Source of the DNA: Candidatus Gottesmanbacteria bacterium
GTDB lineage: Bacteria > Patescibacteriota > Microgenomatia > 2-02-FULL-39-11
Direction: 5' to 3'
Assembly (NCBI GenBank): GCA_016195685.1
Contig: JACPZE010000029.1
Span: 1-54,877 of the forward strand
DNA: 54,877 nucleotides
Positions 39,432 through 48,935 of the stretch are shown one piece after another (position 1 is the first letter of the stretch; the number at the start of each line of letters is the position of its first letter). Under the pieces are notes generated by a model. That model was not told where the DNA came from and did not search any database. It saw nothing but the letters and a program-made list of their open reading frames with translations. Both the position numbers and the translations under genes were made by a program.

Positions 39432-39803
39432 ATGCGTAATAAACAATCAAAAGTTGTAGAAAGAGGCCGCATCTATATAGCCGCGACATTTAACAATACC
39501 TTAATCACGGTGACCGATGAAAAAGGAAACACATTAGGGTGGGGATCTGCCGGTAACGTAGGGTTTAAAGGTACAAGAAAATCTACACCTTTCGCTGCTA
39601 CCACTGCCGTTGATCAAGTGATGAAAAAAGTCATCGCCGCAACCGGACTTCGAAGTGTAGAAGTTTACATGAAGGGACCAGGTGCCGGTAGAGACGCAGC
39701 ACTAAGAGCTCTAAAAAGTGCCGGACTTTCCGTAACTATGATAGCAGATATTACTCCTATGCCACATAATGGCGTAAGGCCAAAAAAGAAAAGAAGGGTA
39801 TAA
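39432..39803 (+). CDS. rpsK: 30S ribosomal protein S11
   Basis: ATFNNT, GFKG.RKSTPFAA, GPGAGR, TP.PHNG.RP; start moved to ATG 39432. Confidence 0.98.
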   Translation: MRNKQSKVVERGRIYIAATFNNTLITVTDEKGNTLGWGSAGNVGFKGTRKSTPFAATTAVDQVMKKVIAATGLRSVEVYMKGPGAGRDAALRALKSAGLSVTMIADITPMPHNGVRPKKKRRV

Positions 39804-39806
39804 AAT

Positions 39807-40427
39807 ATGGCAAGATACACTGGACCCAAAAACAGACTAGCACGAAGAGAAGGAGCTGATTTAGGTTTAAAAACAACTGGTATGTCAGCTCATTCTTCGC
39901 TCCTTCGAAGGATGAAAATTCCTCCGGGACAGCATGGACAAAAAGGGACCAGAAAAATTTCTGACTACGGAAAACAGTTGCGGGAAAAACAAAAAGTTAA
40001 AAGGATTTATGGACTTTTAGAAAAACAATTCAGAAACTATTTTGAAAAGGCGAGTCGGAATCCTGCTAACACAGGAGAAGTATTTCTGACTTTGCTTGAG
40101 AGGAGACTTGATAATGTAGTTTATAGATTGGGTATGGCACCAACTAGAGCTTCGGCGCGACAATTTGTAAGTCATGGACATATCCAAGTAGACGGGAAGA
40201 GAGTAAATATCCCCTCGTTTCAAACAAGTGAAGGCATGGTTGTGTCTCCGAAACAAAAACTTTTAGAGACACCTCTATTGAAAAAATTAATGGAAGATAA
40301 AGACTTACCACTGCCAGATTGGCTCAAAAGACAAGGGCCGGTAGGTAAAATATTGCGTCTCCCAAAAAGAGAAGATATTCTTGACGATATAGCAGAGCAG
40401 CTTATTATTGAGTTTTATTCACGTTAA
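39807..40427 (+). CDS. rpsD: 30S ribosomal protein S4
   Basis: [35 protein letters not shown]. Confidence 0.98.
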   Translation: MARYTGPKNRLARREGADLGLKTTGMSAHSSLLRRMKIPPGQHGQKGTRKISDYGKQLREKQKVKRIYGLLEKQFRNYFEKASRNPANTGEVFLTLLERRLDNVVYRLGMAPTRASARQFVSHGHIQVDGKRVNIPSFQTSEGMVVSPKQKLLETPLLKKLMEDKDLPLPDWLKRQGPVGKILRLPKREDILDDIAEQLIIEFYSR

Positions 40428-40454
40428 TTAATTATTTTAAGGAGGTATAAATTT

Positions 40455-41369
40455 ATGATCGAACCTAATTTTACAGTCAAAGCCGAAACTGACAAGCCAG
40501 ATTATGGCAAATTTATTATAGAACCTTTGGATTTTGGTTATGGTCATACTCTGGGAAATAGTCTAAGAAGAGTTCTGCTTACATCCTTAAAAGGTGTTGC
40601 AGTTACTCAAGTAAAAATTGATGGAGTGAAGCATCAATTTTCTACATTACCTGGTTTGAAAGAAGATATAGTCCAGCTTATTTTAAATATCAAAAAGATC
40701 AGATTTACTCTGGATGGGGATAAGCCAGTGATTATGAGATTAAATGCCAAAGGTCCCAAAAAATTGGTCGCTGGAGATTTGGAAGGTGAAGCAGAGGTAA
40801 TTAATAAAGATATTTACCTTGGAGAATTAACTAACAATAAAGCAAAAATTTCTATGGAGGTTACAGTTGAGGGAGGATACGGATATGTCACGGCAGAAGA
40901 ATTCGAAGGTAAAAAAGAGTTAGGTTCGATCATTGTTGATGCTCTTTTTTCTCCCATATCACGTGTGAATTATAAAGTAGAAGCTACTCGTGTGGGAAGG
41001 ATGACAAATCTGGATAAGCTTATATTGGAAGTGTGGGGAGACGGTAGTATTTCTCCTCTTGATGCGCTTAAAACTACATCGAAAATTTTGGTATCCTATT
41101 TCCTGCAGATTTACGAACCGAAGGCAAAACCTACAGAAGGAGTAGCGCTTACACCTACACTTTCTGAGGAAATTCTCAAAATGACATTGGAAGAGCTAGA
41201 TCTACCTACTAGAATAGTAAACGCTCTACACAACGGAGGAGTAGATACGGTAGGACAATTGCTAGGTACACCCAAAAAAGAGCTCTATAAAATAAAAAAC
41301 TTGGGTGCAAAATCCATCACCACAATTGAAGAAGTTTTAAGAGAAAAGGGTATTGCCTTAACTGTATAA
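40455..41369 (+). CDS. rpoA: RNA polymerase alpha subunit
   Basis: GYGHTLGNSLRRVLL, DALFSP, alpha-CTD NLG.KS; SD AAGGAGG. Confidence 0.98.
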   Translation: MIEPNFTVKAETDKPDYGKFIIEPLDFGYGHTLGNSLRRVLLTSLKGVAVTQVKIDGVKHQFSTLPGLKEDIVQLILNIKKIRFTLDGDKPVIMRLNAKGPKKLVAGDLEGEAEVINKDIYLGELTNNKAKISMEVTVEGGYGYVTAEEFEGKKELGSIIVDALFSPISRVNYKVEATRVGRMTNLDKLILEVWGDGSISPLDALKTTSKILVSYFLQIYEPKAKPTEGVALTPTLSEEILKMTLEELDLPTRIVNALHNGGVDTVGQLLGTPKKELYKIKNLGAKSITTIEEVLREKGIALTV

Positions 41370-41375
41370 AATATT

Positions 41376-41846
41376 ATGCGACACCAAGTATTTGGTAAGA
41401 AATTAAATCGCGATGTCAAAGAAAGAAAAGCATTATTTAGAAGCCTTATATGGGCTCTAATATCTTATGGTAAAATCAAGACTTCAATAGCTAAAGCAAA
41501 AGCCATACAACGTTTGGCAGATAAGTTGGTGACAAAAGCTAAAGACGGTTCTGATAATGCGATTAGGCAAGTTTCTGCATTTCTGACAAAGAAAGACGTC
41601 ATAAATAAGCTTACAAAAGAGATTGCCCCCAGATTTGCCAAGATATCAGGGGGATATCTTCGTTTAAGAAGAATCGGGAAAAGGTCGGGTGATGATGCAG
41701 AAGAAGTAGTTTTGGAGTGGAGTGTCCCAGAAGAAAAAAAGACAGAGGTAAAACCTGTAAAAGCAGAAGCATCAAAATCTGAATTAAAGAAAATAGAAAA
41801 AAAGGTGCAAAAAAAGACAAAAACGTCGACCAAAGGACGAAAATAA
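41376..41846 (+). CDS. rplQ: 50S ribosomal protein L17
   Basis: MRH, R.AL.R.L, GGYLR, R.GD.A; Lys-rich tail. Confidence 0.96.
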   Translation: MRHQVFGKKLNRDVKERKALFRSLIWALISYGKIKTSIAKAKAIQRLADKLVTKAKDGSDNAIRQVSAFLTKKDVINKLTKEIAPRFAKISGGYLRLRRIGKRSGDDAEEVVLEWSVPEEKKTEVKPVKAEASKSELKKIEKKVQKKTKTSTKGRK

Positions 41847-41849
41847 ATT

Positions 41850-41884
41850 ATGTTTACACTGAGGGAGAGAAAGGAATGAATGTG
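41850..41884 (+). repeat. Start-codon cassette copy 4 (rplM); mini-ORF MFTLRERKE* at 41850-41879
   Basis: ATGTTTACACTGAGGGAGAGAAAGGAATGAATGTG. Confidence 0.85.
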
Positions 41885-42307
41885 CAAATGACTACATCTA
41901 CAAAACTTAAGGATATAAAAAGAAAATGGCACTTGGTAGACGTGCAAGGGAAAATACTTGGTAGAGTAGCAAGCAGTATTTCCCAACTTTTGATAGGAAA
42001 AAGCAAACCCTACTTTGTATCTTATCTTGATTGCGGAGATTACGTAGTTGTCGTGAATTCATCAAAAGTAAAAGTAACAGGTAAAAAAGGAGAACAGAAA
42101 ATGTACATGAGATATTCAGGCTTTCCGGGAGGATTAAAAGCCAAATCGTTTGATCAGGTGCAAAAAGAAGATCCTATCAGGATTATAGTCGAAGCAGTGT
42201 CGGGAATGCTTCCGCAAAATAAACTGCGGGCCTCGATGCTCAAAAGACTATTTGCTTTCACTGACGAAGAACATCCTTATAAAGAAAAACTAAATCAATC
42301 TAGTTGA
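41882..42307 (+). CDS. rplM: 50S ribosomal protein L13 (GTG 41882 by cassette homology; in-frame ATG 41876 is the alternative)
   Basis: W..VD....LGR.AS, DCGDYVVV.N, SG.PGG, GMLP. Confidence 0.96.
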   Translation: MQMTTSTKLKDIKRKWHLVDVQGKILGRVASSISQLLIGKSKPYFVSYLDCGDYVVVVNSSKVKVTGKKGEQKMYMRYSGFPGGLKAKSFDQVQKEDPIRIIVEAVSGMLPQNKLRASMLKRLFAFTDEEHPYKEKLNQSS

Positions 42308-42347
42308 TAATTGTTAACCAGTCCTCCACTAAAAACCATATTTAAAT

Positions 42348-42851
42348 ATGCCAAAAACTAAAAAACAAGAAACAGAAAAAAAAGTAGAAAAAGTTACGCT
42401 AAAGAAAGAAACAAAGAAACATACTTACTACGAAGCGGTAGGCCGAAGGAAAGAAGCCACCGCCAATGTACGTCTTTATGTGATTTCCGAAGGCGAATTG
42501 GCGATGGGCGGGTATAATGTAAAGAAGGGAGATATCCTTGTCAATAAGCGACCGATAGAGAAATATTTTGCTGGAGAAGTATTTAAGAAAATTTACAGCG
42601 AGCCTTTTCGGGTTACCAATACCGTTGGCCGTTTTGCAGTAACTGCCGTCACAGTAGGAGGCGGACCAAACGGACAAGTAGGTGCTTTTGTACATGCAGT
42701 ATCCAGAGCTTTGGAGAAAGTGGATAAAGATAAATTTAGGGTGATTTTAAAAAAGAGCGGTTTTCTGACAAGAGATTCAAGAATGAAAGAAAGACGCAAA
42801 GCAGGTTTTGCCCAAAAGGCCAGAGCAAGAAAACAATCCCCGAAGAGATAA
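42348..42851 (+). CDS. rpsI: 30S ribosomal protein S9
   Basis: GRRKEA.A.V, GGG..GQ..A, LTRDSR.KER.K.G..KAR...Q..KR. Confidence 0.97.
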   Translation: MPKTKKQETEKKVEKVTLKKETKKHTYYEAVGRRKEATANVRLYVISEGELAMGGYNVKKGDILVNKRPIEKYFAGEVFKKIYSEPFRVTNTVGRFAVTAVTVGGGPNGQVGAFVHAVSRALEKVDKDKFRVILKKSGFLTRDSRMKERRKAGFAQKARARKQSPKR

Positions 42852-42858
42852 TTTTTTG

Positions 42859-43656
42859 TCACGACATTTTTTTGTTTACGAAAATAGAGGTTATTGTGAC
42901 AGTTATAAAGGATATAGCAAAAGAGATAAAAGTACCGGTGATAATTCCAAAGGCAGGATATAGGAAATGTACCCCGATTGAATAAATCGTAACATTTACG
43001 CTACCACTTACCATCATAACTTTCATAACAGCGGCAGAAAAATCTCTACCGTGGTTAAGATAAGTAATGATCATTGTTGAAAGCATAATAGCAGGGAATG
43101 ATGCAAAAACTCCGCCTAGAATATAGCCCCCCACTTTTGCCATGAAGACAGATAGCAAAATTATACCCCCGCTTAATAAAATTCGGAAAATTATTTGCGA
43201 AGTGGTGAAATTTAATTGTCTTTTTCCTTGAGATTTAACTTTCACGATTTTCTCTACTAGAAGATACGAAACCAAAACAAAAAATATAAAAAACAAAAGC
43301 GAAATTGTATAGTTATCAAATTTTAATAGAACTAGAATAAACGAACTTATAAACCATACAAATAATGAAATTCCCAAGGATATAAATAATTTATGACGCA
43401 ATAATAGTATATAGATTGCGATAAATAATGAATCTAATCCCATAATGGCTGGAATGATAGTTGTCGTTTTGGTGGCAGTTTCTACTGATTGAGTCGATCC
43501 AATAAAGAATAAAGCTATAACTATTGTTGATGGCATTCCAGCAATAATACCACCAACTTTAGAACCGAATTTTTCGGCAATTATTGTAGCGGTAGTAATC
43601 CACAAGGCACCAACTATAAAAGCAAGAAGAAGTTGCAGTAAAAAGATATTAGTCAC
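42859..43656 (-). CDS. Multi-pass membrane protein (DUF3147-like, internally duplicated)
   Basis: Two repeats of a GG..A..P motif (GGIIAGMP, GGVFASFP); highly hydrophobic. Confidence 0.6.
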   Translation of the reverse strand: MTNIFLLQLLLAFIVGALWITTATIIAEKFGSKVGGIIAGMPSTIVIALFFIGSTQSVETATKTTTIIPAIMGLDSLFIAIYILLLRHKLFISLGISLFVWFISSFILVLLKFDNYTISLLFFIFFVLVSYLLVEKIVKVKSQGKRQLNFTTSQIIFRILLSGGIILLSVFMAKVGGYILGGVFASFPAIMLSTMIITYLNHGRDFSAAVMKVMMVSGSVNVTIYSIGVHFLYPAFGIITGTFISFAISFITVTITSIFVNKKMS

Positions 43657-43696
43657 ACGCTAATTATAACGAATATTGAATTTTCATGGTTAATCA

Positions 43697-44815
43697 TTAA
43701 AATTTAACTGTTAACGGACTTCCTAACCCCGTTACGTAATCGTATCGTTTTCTGGACTCACAATAATATGTACATGTGCCATTAGCACCACTTACGATAT
43801 CTCGGAAAAATTGTGCATGACTACTCGAAGCTTTATCAGCATAAAATTTCTCATTTGAGGCAGAAAGTCCAAGGGCTTTAATAGCTGCCCATTGGGGTGG
43901 GCCGGCGCTAGTACCGCCTACTGTATACCAACCATTTTGTGTCCGGCTGCTGACAGTTTTATAAACCGGAAATCCAGAGGCTGGATCCGCATCATAAGAG
44001 ACATCGGGGACAGCTCTTTTACCATAAGCTTTGGGGATATCATATGAGGTTTGATAGGAAGGTTGAGTTTCATATTTGCTAACTCCCCCTCCACTTCCGG
44101 TCCATGCCTTTTCTGATGAAAAATTACCATCAGTTTTAAAATTTAGGGTGGTTCCCCCAACGCCTACTACATTTGCAGATGCTGCAGGCCAACTGACTCC
44201 CGCGCCATTATCTCCTGAGGAGGCAAAAAAAGTGATGCCATAGTTACTTGTAAAATGATTATCTAGTTCCACTTCTGTCGGAAATTCCCGCCCGCCCCAA
44301 CTCATAGATATAGCTACTACATCTTTTCTTTCTCTAGCATAATCCACAGCTTGAAGTAGATGCAGGCCGCTACTGCTTTTAGCTTCAACTAGGAGTATTT
44401 TCGCTTGTGGTGCTATCGCATGTGACCACTCGACATCAAGTGAAGTCTCAAGCGCCCACCCATTATTTTTCGCAATATTACTATCCATTTTGTGTTTTTC
44501 AAAACAACTATTAGCAGTTGTGCAGGCAGCTATACCAAATTGCTTGCTAAAAATATTTAGATCCTTTTCGATAGTGGGATTATCGTAAGCAGCAATTATA
44601 GCTATGGTTCCACGACCTCCATTTTCCGGTAGATTATAGATATTCTTGATTTGGGTTGGTGTTAATCCGGATGGTATAGTCCGTGCACTTTTATACACAT
44701 GAATAGGTGGCCTCGCCCAAAAATTTTCAATCCGTGAAGCTGCATAAGTAGTGGAGAGAGAAATTACGAAAAATACAAACACTACCAGAAATAAAACCCT
44801 AATTATTCTTGGCAT
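43697..44815 (-). CDS. Secreted S53 (sedolisin/kumamolisin-like) serine peptidase
   Basis: Signal peptide; catalytic E..LD (ETSLDVE), oxyanion SSGDNG, GGTS, YD.VTGLGSP; start ATG 44815 because the longer ORF runs through the tRNA. Confidence 0.88.
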   Translation of the reverse strand: MPRIIRVLFLVVFVFFVISLSTTYAASRIENFWARPPIHVYKSARTIPSGLTPTQIKNIYNLPENGGRGTIAIIAAYDNPTIEKDLNIFSKQFGIAACTTANSCFEKHKMDSNIAKNNGWALETSLDVEWSHAIAPQAKILLVEAKSSSGLHLLQAVDYARERKDVVAISMSWGGREFPTEVELDNHFTSNYGITFFASSGDNGAGVSWPAASANVVGVGGTTLNFKTDGNFSSEKAWTGSGGGVSKYETQPSYQTSYDIPKAYGKRAVPDVSYDADPASGFPVYKTVSSRTQNGWYTVGGTSAGPPQWAAIKALGLSASNEKFYADKASSSHAQFFRDIVSGANGTCTYYCESRKRYDYVTGLGSPLTVKF

Positions 44816-44851
44816 TGGCAGACAGAATAAATTTTGGATACTTGAGATTTC

Positions 44852-44926
<75 letters not shown>

Positions 44927-45034
44927 TAGTTAGGATTTAGCCGTTTTGAGCGACTTTGTTACCTTTTACAACTATTGTATTTTAGCATAGGCCGTGTAAA
45001 AATGATAACAATTTCCTGTCCAGAGAGGATATTT

Positions 45035-46069
45035 ATGGCAACTACCAATCCCAAACTTCAAGCTGTGAATGTAGCCATGGAACAGATAGAGAAACAGTAT
45101 GGCCGCGGATCTATTATGAGGCTAGGTGATCAAAGTGCTAGTAAACTGAGTATAGAAGTTGTTCCTACAGGTTCTTTAGCTTTGGATCTTGCATTGGGTG
45201 CAGGAGGCGTGCCGCGTGGGAGAATTATTGAGATATTCGGACCAGAAGCATCCGGGAAAACTACAGTGACATTATCAATTATTGCTGAAGTTCAAAAAGA
45301 GGGTGGTACGGCAGCTTTTATAGATGCGGAACATGCATTGGATCCTGTCTGGGCGGAAAAATTAGGTGTGAAACTCGATGACCTTTTAGTCTCTCAACCG
45401 GATACAGGGGAGCAAGCGCTTGAGATTGCGGAAACCCTCATCAGATCAGGGGGGGTGGATGTCATAGTAATTGATTCTGTTGCCGCTCTCGTACCCAGAG
45501 CTGAAATTGAGGGAGAAATGGGGGATTCTATGATGGGTGTACAAGCAAGGCTTATGTCACAGGCTCTACGTAAACTTACCGGAGCAATCTCCAAATCAAA
45601 AACAGTGACTATTTTTACCAATCAACTTCGGCAAAAGATTGGCGTAATGTTTGGTAATCCAGAGACTACTCCCGGAGGATTGGCTCTGAAATTTTATGCC
45701 TCAGTCCGTATGGATACGAGGAAGATTGAGACTCTCAAAGACGGAGATAAAGTAGTCGGTAGTAGACACAGAGTTAGGATAGTAAAAAATAAGATCGCTC
45801 CGCCTTTCCGTATTGCCGAATTTGATATTTTAGCCAATGGTATTTCCCGCGAAGGTGAAATCATAGATGTAGGACTAGAGTTAGAAGTTTTGACGAAGTC
45901 AGGTGCTTTTATCAGACTTGGAGAAAAAATGCTGGGACAGGGTAAAGAAGCAGTGAGGATATACCTTTCTGAAAATCCCAAAGTCGCAAAAGAAATTCTT
46001 GAAGCAATTTGGAAATCATATAAAGCCGGAGATATGAAAGAGAAGGTAGTAGGGAAAGAGGAAGACTAA
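45035..46069 (+). CDS. recA: Recombinase RecA
   Basis: [46 protein letters not shown]; start moved to ATG 45035. Confidence 0.98.
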   Translation: MATTNPKLQAVNVAMEQIEKQYGRGSIMRLGDQSASKLSIEVVPTGSLALDLALGAGGVPRGRIIEIFGPEASGKTTVTLSIIAEVQKEGGTAAFIDAEHALDPVWAEKLGVKLDDLLVSQPDTGEQALEIAETLIRSGGVDVIVIDSVAALVPRAEIEGEMGDSMMGVQARLMSQALRKLTGAISKSKTVTIFTNQLRQKIGVMFGNPETTPGGLALKFYASVRMDTRKIETLKDGDKVVGSRHRVRIVKNKIAPPFRIAEFDILANGISREGEIIDVGLELEVLTKSGAFIRLGEKMLGQGKEAVRIYLSENPKVAKEILEAIWKSYKAGDMKEKVVGKEED

Positions 46070-46144
46070 ATTTATGAGATCCAAAAAAAACTTCAGACGT
46101 GTACGCTATAAAGATGTCTATTTTATCCAAATATTTTATAATGC

Positions 46145-46633
46145 ATGGAAGAAGATAATTATCAAAGGCTTAGAGATTATTCTTTAAAACTTCTTTCGTT
46201 TCGACCCCGAAGCACCAATGAAATTTCCGCAAAACTACGCGAATACTGTGCCAAAAAGAAATTCCCTCAAAATTTATCCGACAAAGTTATAGACTATCTT
46301 AAAAAGCAAAAATTCATTGATGATTTAGAATTTGCACGGTGGTGGATCGATCAAAGACATTCTTTTAAACCAAAGGGCTTGCTGGCAATAAAATTGGAAC
46401 TATTGAATAAAGGAATTGATAAGGAAACGATCAGTGAAGCATTAAAAGGCGATAAAGAAGAAAAGGTCAGCGAATACGATTTGGCAACAAAAGTTATAAA
46501 CAAAAAAATAATTTTATTTAAAAAATTATCTCGCGAAAAGATGATTATGAAAATCCGAGATTTACTTCTGAGACACGGGTTTGACTGGGATACGATTCAT
46601 AAAGTGATTGACTCTTATGTACAAAAAGCATAA
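46145..46633 (+). CDS. recX: Regulatory protein RecX
   Basis: LLSFRPRS..E, IDD.EFA, KG...I..EL..KGI, L.RHGF; downstream of recA. Confidence 0.9.
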   Translation: MEEDNYQRLRDYSLKLLSFRPRSTNEISAKLREYCAKKKFPQNLSDKVIDYLKKQKFIDDLEFARWWIDQRHSFKPKGLLAIKLELLNKGIDKETISEALKGDKEEKVSEYDLATKVINKKIILFKKLSREKMIMKIRDLLLRHGFDWDTIHKVIDSYVQKA

Positions 46634-46636
46634 AAT
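46608..46636 (+). promoter_or_regulatory. Sigma70-type promoter overlapping the recX end
   Basis: TTGACT-17-TAAAAT. Confidence 0.55.
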
Positions 46637-46806
46637 ATATATAGGATCATGATAGTAATATAAAGGTTTAGAGAGAAACTACATGAAGTTTAATAAATTA
46701 CCAATCGGACAAAATATATCCACGTACGAACTTCATCCTGATACACGATAAAAATCGTGTTTCTCTTTATTCCTTAATTTCACTTTATTGATCTGTTATT
46801 AGTATA

Positions 46807-46835
46807 GTCCGCCTTCGCATGAAGCTGCGGCGGAC
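46807..46835. repeat. CCGCC/GGCGG REP-like hairpin abutting the rny SD
   Basis: GTCCGCC-TTCGCATGAAGCTGC-GGCGGAC then GAAGGAGG. Confidence 0.6.
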
Positions 46836-46848
46836 GAAGGAGGATTTT

Positions 46849-48384
46849 ATGTTACCGGTACTTAAAACTATTTTAGACAGGTTGGAGAAAATAGAGAAAT
46901 CACTAGATAAGAAAGAGCCAGTCGTTGGAGAAGTGAAAACTACGGTTGCTGCGCCAATGCAACAACCTGTATCAGATAAAGCAGTAATTTCACAAGCCCA
47001 GCAGGAAGCAAGATCGATAATTTTAGAAGCTAAAGATGAAGCATTCCGTATAAAAAAAGATGCTGAGGAAGAGACGAGAAAAGTCCGCGCGGAAGCATTA
47101 TCTTTGGAACAGCGCTTGATTGCTAAAGAAGAATCTATCGACCAGAAGCTGAATTCTTTTTCTGCCAAAGAAAAGGAATTATACAAAAAAGAGGGTTTTA
47201 TTACGCAAAGACTTGCAGATGCAGATAAATTGCGGACAGATCTCATCGCTAAATTAGAAAAAGCCGCAAATATGACTAGGGATGAAGCGAAAAACCTCAT
47301 TATGGTGGCGGTGGAAGATAAACTTAAAGAAGAAATTGCCAAAAAAATAAAAGAAGCTGAAGCTTTGGTAAAACAGGAGTCAGAAAAAAGAGCAAAAGAG
47401 ATAATCGTAGATGCCATGCGGCATGGGGCTACGGATTATGTAGCAGAATATACCGTTTCTACTATCAAAATTACAGATGAAGAATTTAAAGGCAGGATTA
47501 TAGGTAAAGAGGGAAGAAATATAAGAGCTTTTGAGATGGCCACTGGTGTTGATGTAGATCTGGATGAAGAAGGAGTGATAAGGCTTTCATCATTTGATTC
47601 GGTGAGACGAGAAATCGCCAGGGTAACTTTGGAAAAGCTTGTTCGTGATGGTAGGGTACAACCTGTAAGAATTGAAGAACTCGTCAAACAAACAAAGGAA
47701 GAAATAGAAAAAATTATGTTTGCCGAGGGTGAAAAATTATGTCATCAGGTTGGAGTGTATAATCTTCCGGCGGAAAACGTGGCGTTATTAGGGCGATTCA
47801 AATACCGTTTTTCCTACGGCCAAAATATGATTGTTCATACACTTGAAGAAACTAAAATCGGTATCGCTTTAGCACAGGAATTGGGAGCAGATGTAAACGT
47901 AGTCAAATTAGGATGCTTACTTCATGATATCGGAAAAGTCATCACCGACAAAGATGCTTCTCATGTCCAATTGGGAGTGGACTTACTGAAAAAAAATGGC
48001 ATGCCTCAGTCAGTTATAGATTGTGTAGCCGCACATCATGAAGATATTCCATTTCCCTCCATTGAAGCAGTGATCGTTTATATCGCAGATGCCATCTCTG
48101 GTGGAAGACCTGGGGCAAGATATGAAGATATCGAAGAATACGTAAAACGTTTGACAACATTGGAAGATATTGCCAAATCATTTGAAGGAGTAGAAAAAGT
48201 ATTTGCCTTACAAGCAGGAAGGGAACTGCGGGTATTGGTGGATCCTGGGAAATTAGACGATGCAAGTGCTACGATAACCGCCAATAAAATCGCAAAAGAA
48301 ATAGAGAAAAAATTCCCAACATATCCCGGACAAATAAAAATAACGCTCATTCGGGAATTACGTGTCGTAGAGACTGTCCATTAA
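46849..48384 (+). CDS. rny: Ribonuclease Y
   Basis: Coiled coil, KH KGRIIGKEGRNIR, HD LLHDIGK, AHH, ADAISG.RPGAR, QAGRE.RV, YPGQIK; start ATG 46849 after AGGAGG. Confidence 0.96.
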   Translation: MLPVLKTILDRLEKIEKSLDKKEPVVGEVKTTVAAPMQQPVSDKAVISQAQQEARSIILEAKDEAFRIKKDAEEETRKVRAEALSLEQRLIAKEESIDQKLNSFSAKEKELYKKEGFITQRLADADKLRTDLIAKLEKAANMTRDEAKNLIMVAVEDKLKEEIAKKIKEAEALVKQESEKRAKEIIVDAMRHGATDYVAEYTVSTIKITDEEFKGRIIGKEGRNIRAFEMATGVDVDLDEEGVIRLSSFDSVRREIARVTLEKLVRDGRVQPVRIEELVKQTKEEIEKIMFAEGEKLCHQVGVYNLPAENVALLGRFKYRFSYGQNMIVHTLEETKIGIALAQELGADVNVVKLGCLLHDIGKVITDKDASHVQLGVDLLKKNGMPQSVIDCVAAHHEDIPFPSIEAVIVYIADAISGGRPGARYEDIEEYVKRLTTLEDIAKSFEGVEKVFALQAGRELRVLVDPGKLDDASATITANKIAKEIEKKFPTYPGQIKITLIRELRVVETVH

Positions 48385-48473
48385 TTTCTGCGCTTGTATT
48401 TTTTTTGATATATTACATCTACAAAAAATTGCATCACAATAGGATAAAACTATAACAATTTTTAAATTGGGGC

Positions 48474-48502
48474 TTGACACCAGTATAAAAATTGACTAGA
48501 GT
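48474..48502 (+). promoter_or_regulatory. Sigma70-type promoter for HU
   Basis: TTGACA-17-TAGAGT; a second TTGACT-16-TATTGT overlaps it. Confidence 0.5.
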
Positions 48503-48546
48503 TTACCTCGGACTATTGTAATCTGCCAAAATAAATTCTCTTGCCC

Positions 48547-48561
48547 TCCGCCAAAGGCGGA
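48547..48561. repeat. CCGCC/GGCGG palindrome before the HU SD
   Basis: TCCGCC-AAA-GGCGGA then AAGGAGGT. Confidence 0.6.
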
Positions 48562-48585
48562 TAAAGAAGGAGGTGAAAATATTAA

Positions 48586-48858
48586 ATGACAAAAGCAGAT
48601 TTAGTGGCATTCGTTGCCAAAAAAGCTAGCCTTACCGCTAAAGCAGCCAAAGATGCAGTCAATGCAGTTTTTGGATCAATCAGCGATTCCCTTAAGAAAG
48701 GTGATAAAGTAGTTGTAACCGGTTTTGGAACATTTATGGTTCGCAACAGAGCAGCCAGGAAAGGTCGAAATCCACAAACAGGTGCACCTATCAGCATCCC
48801 GGCCAGAAAAACTCCAGGATTTACAGCCGGAAAAGCTCTTAAGAAAGTCGTCAGATAA
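48586..48858 (+). CDS. hup: DNA-binding protein HU
   Basis: MTK.DLV, GFGTF, RAARKGRNPQTG, F.AGK.LK. Confidence 0.97.
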   Translation: MTKADLVAFVAKKASLTAKAAKDAVNAVFGSISDSLKKGDKVVVTGFGTFMVRNRAARKGRNPQTGAPISIPARKTPGFTAGKALKKVVR

Positions 48859-48876
48859 AATCGAAGTTTTAAAATT

Positions 48877-48917
48877 AGAAGAACTCTCTAATTTCGAAAA
48901 GAGAGTTCTTCTGTTTT
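48877..48917 (+). terminator. Intrinsic terminator after HU
   Basis: 12-bp stem AGAAGAACTCTC/GAGAGTTCTTCT followed by GTTTT. Confidence 0.7.
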
Positions 48918-48935
48918 AGATGATATACTATCCAC

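Noticed and set aside
27870-41884. Cassette copies as a CRISPR array or as macrolide-arrest (+X+) leader peptides
   Set aside because: Copies are dispersed over 14 kb without spacers or cas genes; an R/K-x-R/K motif occurs in only two of the four peptides
44930-45034. SOS/LexA box upstream of recA
   Set aside because: No recognisable CTGT-N8-ACAG or GAAC-N4-GTTC palindrome found
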